DNA of 52,933 nucleotides from a virus (lineage: Duplodnaviria; Caudoviricetes), in IMG/VR virus record IMGVR_UViG_3300048818_000172, positions 1 through 52,933 of that record; one strand, given 5' to 3'. Below the pieces are notes generated by a model. That model did no database searches. It had not been told where the DNA came from and was given only the letters and a program-made list of their open reading frames with translations. This document shows, one piece after another, positions 51,518 through 52,933 of this stretch. Positions within the stretch are counted from its first letter, which is position 1; each line of letters starts with the position of its first letter. Position numbers and translations under genes: made by a program.

Positions 51518-51846
51518 TGGCCACCTTCCGAACACACCTGGAGCTGGGCGTTGACGGCCGCGAGGTGCCGGTCGAGGTCAGCTACGCCTACCACCGGCCG
51601 CACCGCGGCGCCACAGACGGGCGCCACGGGCCGCCCATCGAACCGGACGATCCGGGGGGAATCGAAATCGATGGCTGCACACTGGCCGAGGACGGCCGAG
51701 AGGTCGAGTTGACCACAGCCCAAGAGGAATCGATCGAGCTGGACATTGGCGAGTGGCTTTCCCAGATGGAGAAGGATTGCGACTACCCTGTAATCGAAAT
51801 CAAACCCGGCGCCGACGTGCCGCATCCCGATGGGATCGGCCGATGA
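51517..51846 (+). CDS. Acidic hypothetical protein (PPIEPDDP motif)
   Basis: RBS GGAGG. TGATG overlap with the previous gene. Confidence 0.7.
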   Translation: MATFRTHLELGVDGREVPVEVSYAYHRPHRGATDGRHGPPIEPDDPGGIEIDGCTLAEDGREVELTTAQEESIELDIGEWLSQMEKDCDYPVIEIKPGADVPHPDGIGR

Positions 51847-51926
51847 TACCTGACCCTGGATTTATCGAAGCCCTGGGCCGCGCATGCGACCCGTGGGAAA
51901 TGCCACCTACCCGGAGGACACCACCG

Positions 51927-52933
51927 ATGCCCGAGACAATGACCGAGCCGGCCAGCAACAGCGTGGCCGAAGCGATCCCGTCAATGAACGCAGACCTGGC
52001 CGAGTTCCGCCAGCGCAAGGCCGCCATCGCCGAGATGAAAGCCAAGTATGCCGACGTGCAGCTCGTGCCGGCCATCGTGCCCGCCGGCTATGAAGCCCGG
52101 CGCGTGGCGGTTGGCGAGCTGCGCAAGTTCCGCGGCGCCGTCGAGCGCCGGCGCGTCGACCTGAAAGCCGAATCGCTGGCTTATGGCCGTTCGGTCGATG
52201 AAGTGGCGCGGGAGCTGAAAGCCGCGGCCGAGGCGATCGAGAACCCGCTAAAACTGGAGATGGAGGCGGTCGACGAAGCCGAGCTGAAAGCGGCCGAGGC
52301 CGCCAGGCTCAAGGAACAGCGCGAGCGCGAGGAGGCAGAGCGGGCCCGAATCCAGGCGATCGAGGATGAGAACAAGAAGCTGCGCGAGGCCGAGGAGGAA
52401 CGTCTGCGCGTCCAGCGTGAGGCCGAGGAAAAGCGGCTCAAGGCCGAGGCCGAAGAACGGGCCGAGAAACTGCGGATCGAGGAGGAACGTCTGCGAGTCG
52501 AACGCGCGGCCCTGGCCGCGGAACGCAAGAAGATCGAAGCCGAGCAGGTTCAGCGTGAGGCGGCTGCGCGGGAAGAGCAAGAGCGGTTGGCCGCAGAAGC
52601 CGCGGCCTACGCATCGAAGCAAGAGGCCGCGCGCCGGGCCGAGGCGGACCGCATCGAAGCCGAATACCAGGCCCAGCAAGCCACCCTGAAAGCCGAGCGT
52701 GCCGAGCTGGACCGCCAGCGCGCCGAGCTGCGGGCCCAGCAAGACGAGGCGGCGCGGATCGAGCGCGATCGCCTGGCCAAGATCGAGGCCGAACAGCAGC
52801 GCATCGCCGAGGAGCAAGCTGCCGAGGCGCGGCGCACCGAGGCCAGGTTGCAGGAGGCCAAGCGGATCGAAGATGAGGCCGCCGCAGCCGAACAGAAGCG
52901 GCTCGACAAGATTCGCATGGACGCCGAGGAGCT
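51927..52933 (+). CDS. Coiled-coil protein with DUF1351-like N-terminus (open at the window end)
   Basis: RBS GGAGG and ATG at 51927. LRKFRGAVERRRVDLK...GRSVD..A..L....IENPL motif. No stop before the window end, so it is absent from the ORF track. Confidence 0.8.
   Translation, partial: MPETMTEPASNSVAEAIPSMNADLAEFRQRKAAIAEMKAKYADVQLVPAIVPAGYEARRVAVGELRKFRGAVERRRVDLKAESLAYGRSVDEVARELKAAAEAIENPLKLEMEAVDEAELKAAEAARLKEQREREEAERARIQAIEDENKKLREAEEERLRVQREAEEKRLKAEAEERAEKLRIEEERLRVERAALAAERKKIEAEQVQREAAAREEQERLAAEAAAYASKQEAARRAEADRIEAEYQAQQATLKAERAELDRQRAELRAQQDEAARIERDRLAKIEAEQQRIAEEQAAEARRTEARLQEAKRIEDEAAAAEQKRLDKIRMDAEE

Larger units (their letters stand above)
1..52933. mobile_element. Complete circularly permuted tailed phage genome (podovirus-like), unit length about 52.3 kb
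   Basis: TerL, portal, scaffold, capsid, adaptor, nozzle, fibre and ejection genes on the - strand. Recombination, helicase and methylase genes on the + strand. Contig ends overlap within one gene. No tape-measure or sheath gene seen. Confidence 0.93.

Noticed and set aside
1-52933. Integrated prophage with host flanks or a lysogeny module
   Set aside because: No host genes, integrase, repressor or partition genes were recognised, and the ends close into a circle. A divergent unrecognised module cannot be excluded.

Overview
The window is one complete, circularly permuted, GC-rich tailed-phage genome (unit length about 52.3 kb) with a podovirus-like layout. The two contig ends are divergent alleles of the same coiled-coil gene. 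The + strand (about 48.7 kb through the junction to 13.2 kb) holds small early genes, an ERF annealase, a YqaJ exonuclease, an SF2 helicase, HNH and VRR-NUC nucleases and DNA methyltransferases. The - strand (48.3 to 13.2 kb) holds the putative TerS, TerL, portal, membrane/lysis-type genes with a papain-like peptidase, scaffold, major capsid, adaptor, nozzle, tail fibre and three ejection-type proteins, with three free-standing endonuclease genes interspersed. I found no integrase, repressor, DNA polymerase, primase, reverse transcriptase, CRISPR array or recognisable peptidoglycan hydrolase. The best finding is a 1479-bp transposase-less cassette (7032-8510) with perfect 22-bp terminal inverted repeats and a 12-bp target duplication. 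It carries only an unusual amino-methyltransferase with four tandem SPP[YF] modules and splits a DUF551-like gene, which is restored exactly when the cassette is removed. Other findings are two twister (type-P5) ribozymes, a tRNA-like structured RNA cluster, stand-alone duplicates of pieces of the helicase, nozzle and major capsid, and sigma-70 region-4-like and GNAT-like segments inside the 2071-aa ejection protein. All family calls come from recognising motifs by eye. No database searches or folding programs were run.
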